Position numbers and translations under genes: made by a program. 64,000 nucleotides of DNA. It comes from Octopus vulgaris (taxonomy: Eukaryota). The notes beneath the pieces are model-generated. The model saw only the letters and a list, made by a program, of their open reading frames with translations, had not been told where the DNA came from and made no database searches. How positions within the stretch are numbered: position 1 is the stretch's first letter; each line of letters starts with the position of its first letter. The DNA lies in NCBI GenBank assembly GCA_951406725.2, contig OX597832.1:13702001-13766000 (forward strand). The letters run 5' to 3'. Below, one piece after another: positions 15,160-28,768 of the stretch.

Positions 15160-16465
15160 AGACAGGTTTTCGAAAAGCATACCAGAATCACCCACATATC
15201 AATGATGTTCTCGATGCTCTAATAAATCTCTTGCCTTAGTTACTAAGCCGTGGGATTGAACACACGTCCATGTGGTTGCTGAGTAGTAAATAGTTTTATG
15301 AAAAACGATAGAAATCTTCAATTTATGGATGTTTGGACGATACAGATATTTAAGTGTTTCTGGCAGATTCGCATTACCATAGAGGATATTAGAATTAAAG
15401 GAAATTGTAGCGCTTTGCTCAAAGACAAAACGCACAAGTAGCTTCTCGGAAATAACGCTGAAATATATTTCCAAAGATGCACTCCACAGACACTCGATAC
15501 ACACATACATATACATATGTATTTATGCATACGTATACATACGTATATTGCAATTTGCACGAACCTGGAGAAGACAAGCAATATAGTTTTATCGAAACAC
15601 CATTCATAAAATAATGAAAACATGTCTAATTTACGAAGTTGTTTTCGCATATCGACATAGCAAAACTCTATTGTATTGCTTATAAAACACAATTGTTTCT
15701 TTCCTCTCTTATCAATGAAAATATTTCATAGCATGGAATCTTAGAGAATATTGTTTGTTTTATTTCAATGAAAACAATCCGTCTAGATTATTATAAAAAA
15801 ATTACGGACATCATTGGCTCTGCAGTTTATTTTCATAGAAACAATGAAATTATTCATTCTCTTATATCAGACGCTGTCAATATGTGAATGGCGTACATGA
15901 CAGCCAAGTAAAATAAGGCCTTGTCTCGTTCAGACGTGTTTACGCCAATTAGCAAGGAAGACGAAAATTGTTGGAAAATTACAATATAAACGTCCACGTT
16001 CTTTTTTTCTGTGTCTCTCTCTCTCTTTTCCTTTTGTAAATTACAACTGGGAACCGGAAATAGTAATAATTTATATTCTACAGTTACACATTGTGTTCAT
16101 TTTTCTCTACCACAGCGTTGTGGGTTTATGTGTGTATATTTTATTTGTTTTCTGTGTGACTTTATGTTTCACTTGACGTCATAATGGAGTTTTTGAGTAA
16201 ACCGTCTAGCGAAATGTAACATCGCGGTTGAAACAAATTTTATAATAAATTCAGTATTTCTCACTTCAATACATATTTTGCTTTCCTCCTTCAAATCTCG
16301 TTCAACTTTTACACACACATGCAAACGCACACGGTTACATACATTCAGAAAAAAACCTTCCTTCACGCACATGTTCATGTATAAGATAAACATATATTGT
16401 CCTATTGATGAAGATTGGCAACCGCCTCAGTTTTACAAGAAATACTAAAGGCTTCAACATACCAT

Positions 16466-16866
16466 AGGCGCAGGAGTGGTTGTGTGGTAAGTAGCTTGCT
16501 AACCAACCACAAGGTTCCGGGTTCAGTCCCACTGCGTGGCATCTTGGGCACGTGTCCTCTGCTATAGCCCCGGGCCGACCAATGCCTTGTGAGTGGATTT
16601 GGTAGACGGAAACTGAACGAAGCCTGTCGTATATATGTATATATATATGTGTGTATGTGTGTGTTTATGTGTCTGTGTTTGTCCCCCGAGCATTGCTTGG
16701 CAACCAATGCTGGTGTGTTTACGTCCCCGTCACTTAGCGGTTCGGCAAAAGAGACCGATAGAATAAGTACTAGGATTACAAAGAATACGTCCCGGGGTCG
16801 ATTTGCTCGACTAAAGGCGGTGCTCCAGCATGATCGCAGTGAAACAAGTAAAAGAGTAAAAGAGTA
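16466..16866 (+). mobile_element. tRNA-derived SINE type D, full length
   Basis: Head ggcgcaggagtggttgtgtggtaag..gggttcagtccc, internal (TG)n, tail (gtaaaaga)n; second copy at 58445-58856. Confidence 0.85.
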
Positions 16867-17491
16867 AATACCAATGGAATCTATTATATGCCATATTTTC
16901 CATATCTGCTAAAGAAATAAGAAAGACATAGAATTTACTGAGACGATAATGGGTGGACAGTAGATAGCTAAATGTTTTCGCTATAGAACTCAATGCTGTT
17001 CACATGACAACATGCGAAGCACTTGACGACTGGTGTACAATAGACCGGACAATTTGTCTAGAGCAAATATGTTGATAGATTCTTTATTTTGATAACGTGT
17101 ATGGTAGTGAACTATATATACCTCACAAAGCAGATCTTACATTTACTATAAATCTGAAAATACAACCACACGTGATTGATTGCTACCAAAAAACAAATAC
17201 CAAAAATAAAAAAAAATCAATTCCACTGACTGCGGAAGTATGGCACCATAAATAAATGTCATTTTAGAATCTTTTTCAACAATAGAATTCAAACTTTTTT
17301 ATAATACATCCATCTACTGCAATTCTTGCCGAACAACGAAGATAATAGGATGTAGGCAAACCCCGCGCGGTTGTCAAGCGGGATTGAGGGAGGGGGGTAC
17401 AACGGCGCACAGGTATAGATGTATACATTCAAATACACGCGTACACACACACACAGGCACACACATATATATATATATAAATATATATAAA

Positions 17492-17555
<64 letters not shown>

Positions 17556-17556
<1 letters not shown>

Positions 17557-18571
17557 GGCTGCCCCCTCGTTATCGAGCATCGTGAATTCAAACATGGTCG
17601 GAACTCTGTGGAAACAGCTTCCAGATCTGGTCGCCCCCTTCTGCCATTGATGAGGCATCTGTCCGTCAAGTTGAGGCTGCCATTTTGGAAGATCGACACA
17701 TAATTATTCGCCAAATAGCCCATGAGGTCAACATTAGTACCGGGTCTATGGAAACTATCATTCATGACCATTTGCATATGCAAAAGGTTTCTGCCAGATG
17801 GATTTCCAGGTTGCTCACGCCTTTCCAGAAGCAAGAACGCGTCGAGTGCTCGAGGGTGAATTTGGAGATGTGCCGAGAAGATGAGTCAAAATTTTTCAAA
17901 AGACTGATTACACCGGATGAAACCTGGGTCCATCACGATGATCCAGAGAACAAATCCCAGTCAATGCAGTGGAAGCACCGTGACTCAACCCCTCCAAAGA
18001 AGGCAAGGGTGCAGCCCTCCGCTGGCAAGGCCATGCTCACAGTCTTCTGGGACCAGGACGGAGTAGTGATGACAGATTTCCTGGCAAAGGGTACCACAAT
18101 TGCAGGAGCGTATTATGCTTCACTTTTGAGGAAATTAAGAGAAGTTATCAAAATCAAGAGGCGGGGCAAGTTCAGCAAAGGCATCCTCCTCCTGCAGGAC
18201 AACGCTCCGGTCCACAACTCGCTTGTCGCCAGATCAGAAGCACAGGCGTATGGCTATGAACTCCTCCCCATCCCTCCAACTTTCCTGACATTGCACCCTC
18301 TGATTTTCACCTCTTCCTAGCCATGAAGTTGTTTTTGAAAGGAAAGCGTTTCCCAGATGATGCAGCCTTGATTTCTGAAGTCACGTTGAGGTTGGAGGAC
18401 CAAGCTGGGTTCTTCTACAAAAACGGTATCCAGAGCCGCATCAAACGATGGGAGAAATGCGTAACTCTGAGTGATTCCTATGTAAAAAAAGACTAATAAC
18501 TGTGCCAAGTTTCGTTGCTCTACTGCTATGGGAAGTGGGTCAGGGGCATTACTTATTGAATGCCCCTCGTA
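17556..18571 (+). mobile_element. 5'-truncated mariner (irritans/Himar1-like) transposon with disrupted DD34D transposase
   Basis: KVSARWISRLLT, ITPDETWVHH, SAGKAMLTVFWD, LLQDNAPVH; after a 1-nt frameshift near 18270, PDIAPSDFHLF..RWEKCV..YVKKD* (stop 18494-18496). The right TIR ends ..ttattgaatgcccctcgTA. Confidence 0.92.
17685..18496 (+). pseudogene. Mariner transposase pseudogene (second HTH and catalytic domain)
   Basis: ORF 17685-18320 plus a shifted C-terminus; N-terminus lost. Confidence 0.9.
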
Positions 18572-19256
18572 ATATAACATATTTCATTTTACATCTCGAG
18601 CGGTCATATATCTGTTAATTAACGATATCCACATTTACATATTGCTTCTTTGAAGGCTATCGTTTGCATGATGTCTTCGTCACATTATTTTATATTTCTG
18701 CATTTAATAGTGTATGCACTTTATTACGATTGCGAATACAGGCGTAGATATACGAAAAAAAACTTTGCTGTCAAATCGTATAGTCTTTATGTTATGTCCC
18801 AATGTTCCTCAGCAAAGATCCTACTTCTATAGCTCCAGTCCGTGTCTGTGTGTCTTAGTGTGTGTGACGTGAGTGTTTGTGTGTATCCATGCGTATATGT
18901 GTCTTTGTGTTTGTACTTGTCATTACCACTGCCAGATAAGGGGGGGTTGATTTGTTTATGCCCCTTCTAACACTAGCGGATCAGTAAAACTGACCGACAG
19001 AAGAAGAACCAGAGATTTAAGAAATGCGTTCGGTGTCAAGTCATTCAACCAAATCCTTTCAATATGTTGGTCATTGCAATGATTGCAACTACGAAAATGC
19101 GGTAGATTTTTTATCAAAGGCAAGCCATATTAATTATTGCTTAAAGTATGACGGAAAATTGACTTCTTTTACTTGTTAGCGAAATAAATATGCATACTTC
19201 CTTCCTTCCATCCACTATGCATACATACATACACATACACAAACATATATATATAT

Positions 19257-19373
<117 letters not shown>

Positions 19374-19378
19374 ATATA

Positions 19379-19417
<39 letters not shown>

Positions 19418-19514
19418 CGGGAAGCTTTATGAAAATAGACAAAAGACGAAGGCAGGTGGAAAACAAACGAACAATTGTATTAGTATGGCGCTCAGGAAAT
19501 ATAAATAAAACAAG

Positions 19515-19552
19515 TCTTTAACGTTTCGAGCCTACGCTCTTCAACAGAAAGA
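19515..19552 (-). ncRNA. Minimal hammerhead ribozyme, A6U core variant
   Basis: Minus strand: TCTTT CTGTTGA A GAGC gtag GCTC GAA ACGT T AAAGA. Confidence 0.65.
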
Positions 19553-19739
19553 TACACAGAGAGAAAAAAAAACACAGAAAGAAGGAGAGAAAAAAAATGC
19601 GTGCAGTAGCTAACGAATCAACATGGCGATCTGATTTCGGCCAGAGGTCAAAGATCAAACATGAGACGCGAGAGCGAAATAAGGGGAGATAATAGGGTTG
19701 ATAATATGGTTGAAGGACCAGCTAATAGTGCGTAGGAGG

Positions 19740-20062
19740 GGTCTGGACGTGTGTATGTATAGGGTTGGTGTATGTATTAGTATGTATAAGGGTGTATGTG
19801 TGTGTGTGTGTGTATGAGAGAGTATTAGTTCGTAGGATTGGTGTGGACGTGCGTATGTATGGGGTTGGTGTATGTATTAGTATGTATTAGTATGTATTAG
19901 TACGTATTAGTATGTATAAGTGTGTGTGTGTGTGTGTATGAGAGAGTATAAGTGCGTATGAGGGGTCTGGACGTGTGTATGTATAGGTTGGTGTATGTAT
20001 TAGTATGTATTAGTATGTATTAGTACGTATTAGTATGTATTTGTTGGTGTATGTATTAGTAT
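19740..20062. repeat. Minisatellite of about 100-120-bp units containing (TATGTATTAG)n, within the PLE 3' UTR
   Basis: ggacgtg.gtatgtat..ggttggtgtatgtattag occurs three times. Confidence 0.8.
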
Positions 20063-20625
20063 GGCACATCATATATGATGTGATGTGTGAAGTCGTGTGG
20101 TGTAGTGAGGAGAAGAGGGGGAGGAGAGGGGGAAGAGGAGAGGAGGGGGAGAGAGAGGAGGGGGAGAAGGAATGGGAGGAGGATGGAGGAAGGAGGAAAG
20201 AGGGAGAGGGGGAGTGAGGGAGTGAGGGAGCAGAGGGAAGGGGAAGAGGGAAGGAGGGAGGGAGAAAGAGGGAAGAAGGGAAGGGGAGTAGGGGTGAAAG
20301 GATGAAGGACTGAAGAAGTAGGGGTCGGGGGGAAAGGATGGGTGAGGATGCGGAGAGGGGGGTTAGATGAGGAGGGGGGGAGAGTTGAGACCAAATGGCG
20401 TATAAGAGCGAAGAGAGAAGATTAATTCCTGTTCACGGCGCAAACGGGAATCCGGATGGCCTCTGTGTAAGGACAAACCGGACACAGATAGGTGTTGCAA
20501 GGAGTGACCGGTGGAGCGGAAATGGCGTGAGACCGGTGTGTCGTTCGCAAGGTGGATGTCACGAAGGTGTTCCGCGAACCGGTCAGCCAAGCGGCGTCCC
20601 GTTTGTCCGATGTACAAGGAATTAT

Positions 20626-20824
20626 ATTTATATTGTATAGAGGGCATTATTACACATAAATGCCTCACGCTAAGAGGGACATAAGTCATTACTACCAAAC
20701 TTTAACTAATCGTACCCAAATCGTACCCATTTGGGTACGATTTGTTAAAGTTTGGTAGTAATGACTTATGTCCCTCTTAGCGTGAGGCATTTATGTGTAA
20801 TAATGCCCTCTATACAATATAAAT
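20626..20824. repeat. Near-perfect foldback: 96-bp arms, 1 mismatch, 7-nt loop
   Basis: 20626-20721 is the reverse complement of 20729-20824; the loop cgtaccc duplicates adjacent arm sequence. Confidence 0.95.
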
Positions 20825-20940
20825 TAATATTTTCAAAAGAAAAAAATTATTTTCAATTTTTTTTTCTTTTGAGGTTTTTCACACTAACTACCTGATAATT
20901 CCTTGTTAAGATTCCTTATTAAGAAGTTATCCTTAATTGT

Positions 20941-20982
<42 letters not shown>

Positions 20983-22063
20983 CATATACAAAGTCAGTCC
21001 GGTATCATAAGCACTGCTCGAAGTAAGGGGAATAAAATCAAAATAAGCAATAGGATGTCGAGTATTAGTGCAGTATGACCGTATTTCTAGCGGTTCCATT
21101 CAATTAAGCAATGCAAGCATTACATCAATTTAAATACAGTAGTATCTTCTGTTGCCAGAAACATTAATTTTCAACAGACAAGATATATTAATATAATTTT
21201 TCTCAAATATTTTATCAGAGCTAGTGGATGAAATAATTTCATGTTTCCACTATTGCAGCAAGAATTATTCAAGAGAAGAACTACAATATTTTGGAGTGGC
21301 ATGGAACACAGTGGAGGGTCATAGGATTATTATTCATTTCTAATTTTTTCATCTACCTTCTTATTAACAAAAGACCAAAGGCTAGATCCACGTTTATTGA
21401 GAATAAAGAACACTGGCAGTTGACAGCTCAGAGCTGGTTGCTGGTCATAAATAACTATCACTAGATATTTCTCATATCCCTTAATTTATTACTATTCTTT
21501 AATTTCCTACTGTCATAACTATCATCCATTACAAAAATAAACAGACTTTAGAATGAGTCAATGAGAGAGCAGTAAATTCCCATAAGACGGTAGAGTAGTA
21601 GTGACATTACCTCTTGTAATTATCTTAAGTTGGGATCTATTAAAATACTGAGGGCTCTGAAGGACAAAAGTCTTTAATGAAGGCATAGCAAAAACTGTGT
21701 AATATTATATTGTTTAAAAATGAAAGTAATTTTTTTAAAAAATTATTTTAATTTTAAGACGAGATATCAGAAAGATACATCAGAACCATATTAAATAAAA
21801 GGGGCATGCAGATCGGTTTATTATGTAGAATCAACTTAATACGTCAGTATTACATAACTATTAGGTGGTCGCTTAAAAATACCGTTCAAACATTGATCCC
21901 GATATACACATGGAACTTATCCGGAAAAATATACATATTAGCTATTGATATGAAGTAAGGGATCAGAAGCAGGATAATAAGATAAATGATTCGAGGATAT
22001 ACAAATATTATAGTTCTATATTTAAGAGATGAGGAATTATATACGTTGTTTACATTATTTACA

Positions 22064-22705
22064 TTATTCACATTTTTTAACGAATTTTTTGCTGATTTCC
22101 TTCATTTCACTAACTGAAAAGACAAGTCCTACCTGCTTTGGACGGACTACTGTTTGTTTCAGTTCTCGCAACCATTCAGCATCCTTCTTGTTTTCCTTGT
22201 CTTTGCTCCAGATGGAACTCCAAAACCTTTGAACTTCAATGTTATCTGTTATCAACTTTTTATATGTACATCCTCCATTTATTTCTTTATCGAATCTCTT
22301 CTGGTCTGCTCTGAATAATCTATGCTGGTGGGAAACATTCATTTCCCACCATATCTTACTATCTTTGCTTTCTTTGCAACGTTTGCAATTGAACGCTGTT
22401 CCAGTTCCTCCACTACTACTCCCAGGACCTTTCTTTCAATATTATACTTCCTTTTCAGCCCCCTGTATTTTTATTCGCTTTTTAGCTCCCCTTTCTCTTT
22501 TCGGTCTCACACAGATAATTCCTTTGAGAGCATGTCTAACCCTGCCTCGTTTCTTCTTTTACACCATAGATCTTTTCTTTTGTCACTCCCATTATGCTTC
22601 TTTTTCATAATATCAACACCCACATTTTCTGCTACAACAATACTTGCGGCCTTGATCAAATTATTTGCTTCTGTAATGTTGTTTGTTCTGATATATTTCA
22701 GAATT
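22064..22705 (-). pseudogene. R4/Dong-clade non-LTR fragment (region N-terminal to RT)
   Basis: HQHRLFRADQKRF..RFWSSIWSKDKENKKDAEWLRELK and EANNLIKAASIVVAE, typical R4 pre-RT motifs. Confidence 0.6.
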
Positions 22706-22706
22706 G

Positions 22707-22816
22707 CACCATATAATTATACTATATTCTTTATATAAACGTGAATGTATATATATATATATATATACATACACACATTCACATTTATATAAAGAATATA
22801 GTATAATTATATGGTG
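22707..22816. repeat. 42-bp inverted repeat around a (TA)n spacer
   Basis: 22707-22748 versus 22775-22816, one mismatch. Confidence 0.85.
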
Positions 22817-24610
22817 TAATTATAACTGAAAAATATCAATGTAAGGACCATATTGAGCCACATCTTATCATGCATATGTGCGGAAAGAAGTATGGTATAC
22901 CAGTATGTGCGAAGGGAAATAGGAATACAAAATATGAAAAATTCAATACTGTATAAACATTTTAATAATATACTATAAAAATAAAACATGTAGGAAAATA
23001 AATTAATAAGGAAAATATACAACAATAGAAAATCAATATAATAAGAATGAATAGAAAATTAATAGCAAATATATATAAATAGAGGAGAGTAAAATATAAG
23101 CAGGAAAAGATTAATGATAAACATAAGAGATAACAGGTATGCGAATAACGAGTACATTTCAAGGTATTCATACCGAAGTAAATTAAGATATAGGTAGATT
23201 AAGATGAGAATATCATTGTATGTGGTTCTATAAGTTGTAAATATTACATGTGCTCTTGTATATATGATCGTATAAATCTTAGAGGATGTAAGATTTAATG
23301 AAAGGAGACTTACTATCTCATAACTCACTACAAATATACTTAATGTGACTGATAGCGTAGGAAGTCATAGAATTGAGAGAAACAACAGTGTAATCTCCAT
23401 ATAGGGTACACTCAGACTAAAAAGGAAGGTTTACTATAGCGTAATATTACGTATAATACATCACAGAAATATAATACATAGGATGAATGTAATGTCATAG
23501 AATATGTGATGTAATATCCTACATCACATATAGGTTAAGTTATAAAGGATACGACGTCCAAAGCTAATTTCCATCATCAAATCCCATGTCTTCCGAATAT
23601 ACAGATTCACCAGGTACTTCGTCAGTAATACTTGGACTAGTATAAATATCGGACACACAGTTTATATTATATATATATGTGATATATCAGTTTTGCTGTT
23701 CCAGATTCCTACATACCCACTATTATTATCGTCATTACGGTATTTTTAAGGGTGTGTGCACATGTAAAAGGTCACTGACTATAGCACATTGAAGGGAGAA
23801 ACAACAAAGATATTTGAACAGATAGATGCTAAAAGTTGAACATCAAAGTAAGTCAAAATTTCATAAATTTGTCTTCACATTGTTAATCTCAAACCTGCAA
23901 AGAATGGTTTCATATAATGGTACAAAGAGAATATTTTTTCTGGGGAAGGGAAGTTAATTACAACGATAAGAGTACTCATAGTGGTACTTATTTCATTGAT
24001 CTCGCCGATAAGATTCAAAATTCGACCTCTGCAGAATTTGAACTCCGAAACTTATAGGTGTAATGACATGACGCTAATGGTTCTGCAAGCTCAGCATATT
24101 CAGCATCTGAAGGAAAATAATATATATGTAAATGTGTGTATGTGTGTGTTGTGCGCGCTGCTGTGTGTGTTTGTGTGTGTGGATGTATGAGTGCGTGTGT
24201 GTGTGTGTGTGCGCGCTTGAATTTTGGTCTGACATGATGTAATATCCGTAAGATAATCCACAAAGTGATTGATGCGTATGTAGATTCCATACTGCTCATC
24301 GGATCCCTGTCATTGATTGCTAAATTCCAAAGAGAGAGAATAGATAATTAACGTAGATATTTCGTCGAACCATTGTTTCTGATGCAAGAATTAGTCCCGT
24401 TTCCTGAGACGTTGCGTTGAATTTTATCTGCATTGTGTTTATTTAATTTCCTACAGAAATTATTAATGATATGAAATGCTCTTCCATATTACTCAGAAAG
24501 ATTTAGTGAATGAGAGAGTGAACGTTTCTTGACAGAAAGCTCCATATTCGTATCACGTAATATACTTCAGCAAGGGATTGAATTTGCAGGGAAAATTCTG
24601 AAGAAATATA

Positions 24611-24645
<35 letters not shown>

Positions 24646-24661
24646 TGTGTGTGTATGTATG

Positions 24662-24703
<42 letters not shown>

Positions 24704-24774
24704 TACATACATATATGTACATATGTATATATTATATATATATATATGTTATATATATATATATATATAATATA

Positions 24775-24823
<49 letters not shown>

Positions 24824-27196
24824 TCCTTACTATATTCATCGATTTATCCAAACGATTTTGTTTTGCTTTACTCACTAGAAAATCAATTCCATTACTTATA
24901 TTTGAAATATAGCAATACGTTACAGAATGTAATTCATATTACGTAAAATCTCAGAAGAATATTTATGTGTATCCGCGACACGCCAAGCTATTAGCTTGAT
25001 TAGATCATCGAAAGTTTCTCGGCGTTGGATAATACAAATTCAAACGAAATACTAAAGCTTACATATAAATGTATAATTGACTATAGCGCTATTGAAGCGA
25101 TATTAACTCCTGCCTATTGTGACATGTATTAAATCGCTATCTATACTTCAGAAAATCTGTATACACACTAATCCATGTTTTCAGTTAATGTTCATTTCTT
25201 AAACTTGAATTTCAGGCCTGTATTTTTTAATTTACATTAGAAGTGCTATTATTCTATGTAGATGCTATCAAGTCTTATTATAAATATGTCTCTACTCAAT
25301 AATTAAACTTCCCTCCATTATAGTCCACTATTATGCATTAATTATTTGTCAATGGAATGAATGAATATTTATGTAAATGAGCGGGTAAAATAATTTCTGT
25401 GCAACGAATGAGAACAGATTGTTCGCTGTAGCTGCAGGAAAAGATACCTGACAATAAATTCGTTACATATGAGTAGCATGTTAAGAAAACTGCGCCTTCT
25501 GTATTAATTTGTGAACTATGTGTGCTATGCATGTAAATACATTTCAGTTTTACGTACTTAGATTTAAAACACATTCGCTCTCACACATACATGCACTCAT
25601 ATACAGAACTACACACATATTGAGTGCAACGTGCCAGATCTCAAAATTTTACGTAGATCTGAACATAAGAGATATTAATACTATTATCATTCAGCGAGTG
25701 ACGAAGAAAATCCTTTGATCGGATTTATAATGTGTGTGTGTGTATGTATATATACGCTGTGTTTTCCAAAATGGAGGGGAACACATTTCTCTATGTGATT
25801 GGCTTGAAATATTGTTACGATACTAGGATATTTTCTAACATTTCTTATATCTAAAACAATGGCAGTTTTGATTCACACATACATAAATCACATCCATCAC
25901 TGCGGTGTTGAGCTTTCATTTTGATTTACGTATTTGCGTATATATATATATATATATATGGGAACTTAAATAATTCATCGCTGTTTAGTTACGTGTTTAG
26001 GATTGGTTATGGATTTACTTAATAAATTTATTTACCGATTCTGTTGTACATAGGTTTGAAAGTTGTGAATTCTTTGGTGTGTTTATTCCACAAGCGCACT
26101 TATTTCAGTGCTGCTGTTACCATCGGAATGAATATTACAGTCAAGGAGTAGAAACAATAATGATATCCGTGCGGCAGTTGATGATGGAGGTATATTGGAT
26201 TGTTGGTATGGTTGTTTTTGTATATGTAGAATAGCATTATAACACATCTTTTTGATATGTGTGTGTGTGCGTGTGTATGTGTGTGTGCGTATGTGTAAAT
26301 ACATGCGTATGTATATATAAGGTATAGTGTGCAGAAGAAATAACACACGCATAATGGATTAAAAAAAAGCATTAAAATACAAATCTTCCATGCTGGAAAC
26401 AAAACTTAAATCTTATTATAATTTGTGATCGGAAATGCATACTAGCCGAATGCTTTTACCTCGTTGACAGTTCTCAATATTCTCTTTCACGATGCGTGGG
26501 GAAGTCAAGAGGTTCGCTATATTATTGGCAAGCGTGATACGATCCTTAAAGTAGTTAGGTTTAAGCAAGTGATATTCGCCCCGGAAAAAAAGGCAATATG
26601 AATGAAATATTGGCGTCTAAATAGAAATGTTTTTTGAGGGATATATATTTTTTGGGGTTTTCCACCATAAAAAAAAAATGACAAAGGAAATAAAATTAAA
26701 ACTTTTAATGGAAGGAAAACCATAAATACCTAATATACGATAATATAATCAAAATTACGTTGGCTGTCAGGCAATATATCTACTTAATATATACACTTAT
26801 ACATACATGCCTGCATGTATGCATGTATTTATGTGCGTATGTATGTATCTATGAACGTATGTATATATATATATATATGCATATATTCTATATATATATA
26901 TATGTACTTACATATATGTGTTTGTATGCATATATACATACATGTATATATATATTCTGCATTCTCTATCTATCATTCTTATTAGCTTAAATATATAATT
27001 TTAATGTCTCACAGGCATCACTACCAATATGAATGATAATATGATATATAATGTAATATTATATAATATAATGAAATTATATAGCCGAACAATCGAACTG
27101 GTTTCAATAATAATATAACTCCTACCAAATGTGTTGAACACCTTTTCTATACGTTGTCCGCTCATATATAAATACATATATATACATACATACAGC

Positions 27197-28768
27197 TGAA
27201 GCAAATAAATGACTCCAGCGACGCGAAGGTCTTTATTGCGACGATTGTCTGCTTTACATCCAAAACATTTCAAATAAAAAAAATACAGAAGGTTAAGAAT
27301 AGATTAGTTAATTTTTTTTAGTAGAATGGGCTTGCGCATCGTTTTTGACGATGAGTTACCTAAAGCCAACTTCTTAGACATTACCCTCAATTCACAGAAT
27401 AACTCATACTTCTCATATCATAAAGCTTCCACAAATCTTATGTATATTAGTCTTTACAGTAATCATGCTAGGGCAGTTACCGATAACTTAGTCAAAAACA
27501 TATCTCTTAGACTGTCGAAATTATCTGCCAATGTTGACATTTTTAACCAAAAGGCAGACTACTATAACGCCGCCTTGTTAAAAGCTGGCTATAAAGAGAA
27601 AGTGTCATACATCGATTCTGCTCATTCTAGACCTACATCTGCTTCTCAAGATAAAATAGATATTTGTAATAGGAAGAGTGATTTTAATTCTAATAGTGTA
27701 AGCAGCCCAATGCATAATATAAATTATTTCCGGATCAGGGGAAGTAAGCGCTATTTAACCCCAAATTTCCAACCCAGAAAATTCCCCCCTACTTTTACAA
27801 ATAAAACTACGTACAGTTCAAAAGTCACTAAGAATAGTATCTGGTTCGTAATCCCTTTCGGAAAACAAATTAAATCAAACCTTCCCTTGCAGTTCCGTGA
27901 AGTTTTTGCTAGGAACTTTCCCAAAAATTCTAGATATTATTCTATTATCAATTCCCACATAGTTAGGATCGCTTTCTCTAACACTACAAATCTTTCACAA
28001 ATTATATCTTCTCACAATACCAAGCTGCTAAATAAAGGTTCTTCACCCGGGAGTTCCTGCATTAATCTGGCTAATTCCAACCCCTCATACAATTATGATA
28101 ATAAGAATAGTATTATTAATAATAGTAATGGTAATAGTGATGGTGATAACAATGACAATAATAATAATAGTAATAGTCGTGTTAATAACAACGGTAATGT
28201 TAATAATAATAATAATAACTGTGTTATTGTTGATAGTATTATTAGTTGTATTAACAATACTACTACTACTAATAATAGGAATAGTGTTGTTAGTGGTGGC
28301 AATAATAATAGTAACAACAATCATAGCAATAAAGACTTCGTTTCGATCTCGGAGGACAACCCCAACAAAATTAAAGTTTTGTCTAATAATTCTAAGAATA
28401 AGAATTCTATATACCAGTGTAAAATTTATTCTGGTACCAATGTCTTCTTCTATATAGGTGCGTCCACTTCCCAGTTATCCAAGAGAATTTCAAACCATTA
28501 TTCATCATTTAGGGATAGTAAAAAATGACATAGTACAAGGCTAAGTAAATTAGTTTGGCGTCTTAAAGACAATAATATAGATTTTAAGTTAGATTGGTTC
28601 ATACTGTCAGTCCCCATTCCTTTTGATAAGGGCAGGATAATTTGTAACATTTGCAATTCTGAACTCTTCCACATTCTCTTCTCTAAGGATGCCCTTGTAA
28701 ACACTCTTATAGACAAATCGTACAAATATAAACACTGGCAGAAACATAATTTTTACTCATTTAAATAA
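27197..28768 (+). mobile_element. 5'-truncated PLE of a second lineage (GLYxDD-type RT, thumb, C-terminal GIY-YIG)
   Basis: GLYCDDCL at 27228, NFLDITLN, YISLYSNH, RLSKLS..YNAALLKAGY, IWFVIPF, IYQCKI..FYIGAS..KRISNH; after TGA 28526-28528, STRLSKLVWRLK..CNICNSE to TAA 28766-28768. Confidence 0.85.

Larger units (their letters stand above)
19416..20625 (-). mobile_element. 5'-truncated Penelope-like element: GIY-YIG C-terminus, pyrimidine-rich 3' UTR, minisatellite and HHR tail
   Basis: Minus ORF SLYIGQTGRRLADRFAEHLRDI..PVSRHF..REQELIFSLRSYTPFGLN; HHR at 19515-19552; 3' end in (TA)n. Confidence 0.85.

Noticed and set aside
19740-20062. CRISPR-like repeat-spacer array
   Set aside because: The spacers are themselves repetitive, the context is eukaryotic and there are no cas genes; it is a minisatellite in a PLE UTR.
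28526-28528. In-frame TGA in a PLE endonuclease as selenocysteine, as reported for some Naiad PLEs
   Set aside because: It is not at a Cys-motif position (KK*HST) and is more simply a CGA/AGA to TGA nonsense change; no SECIS was identified and the EN is C-terminal.
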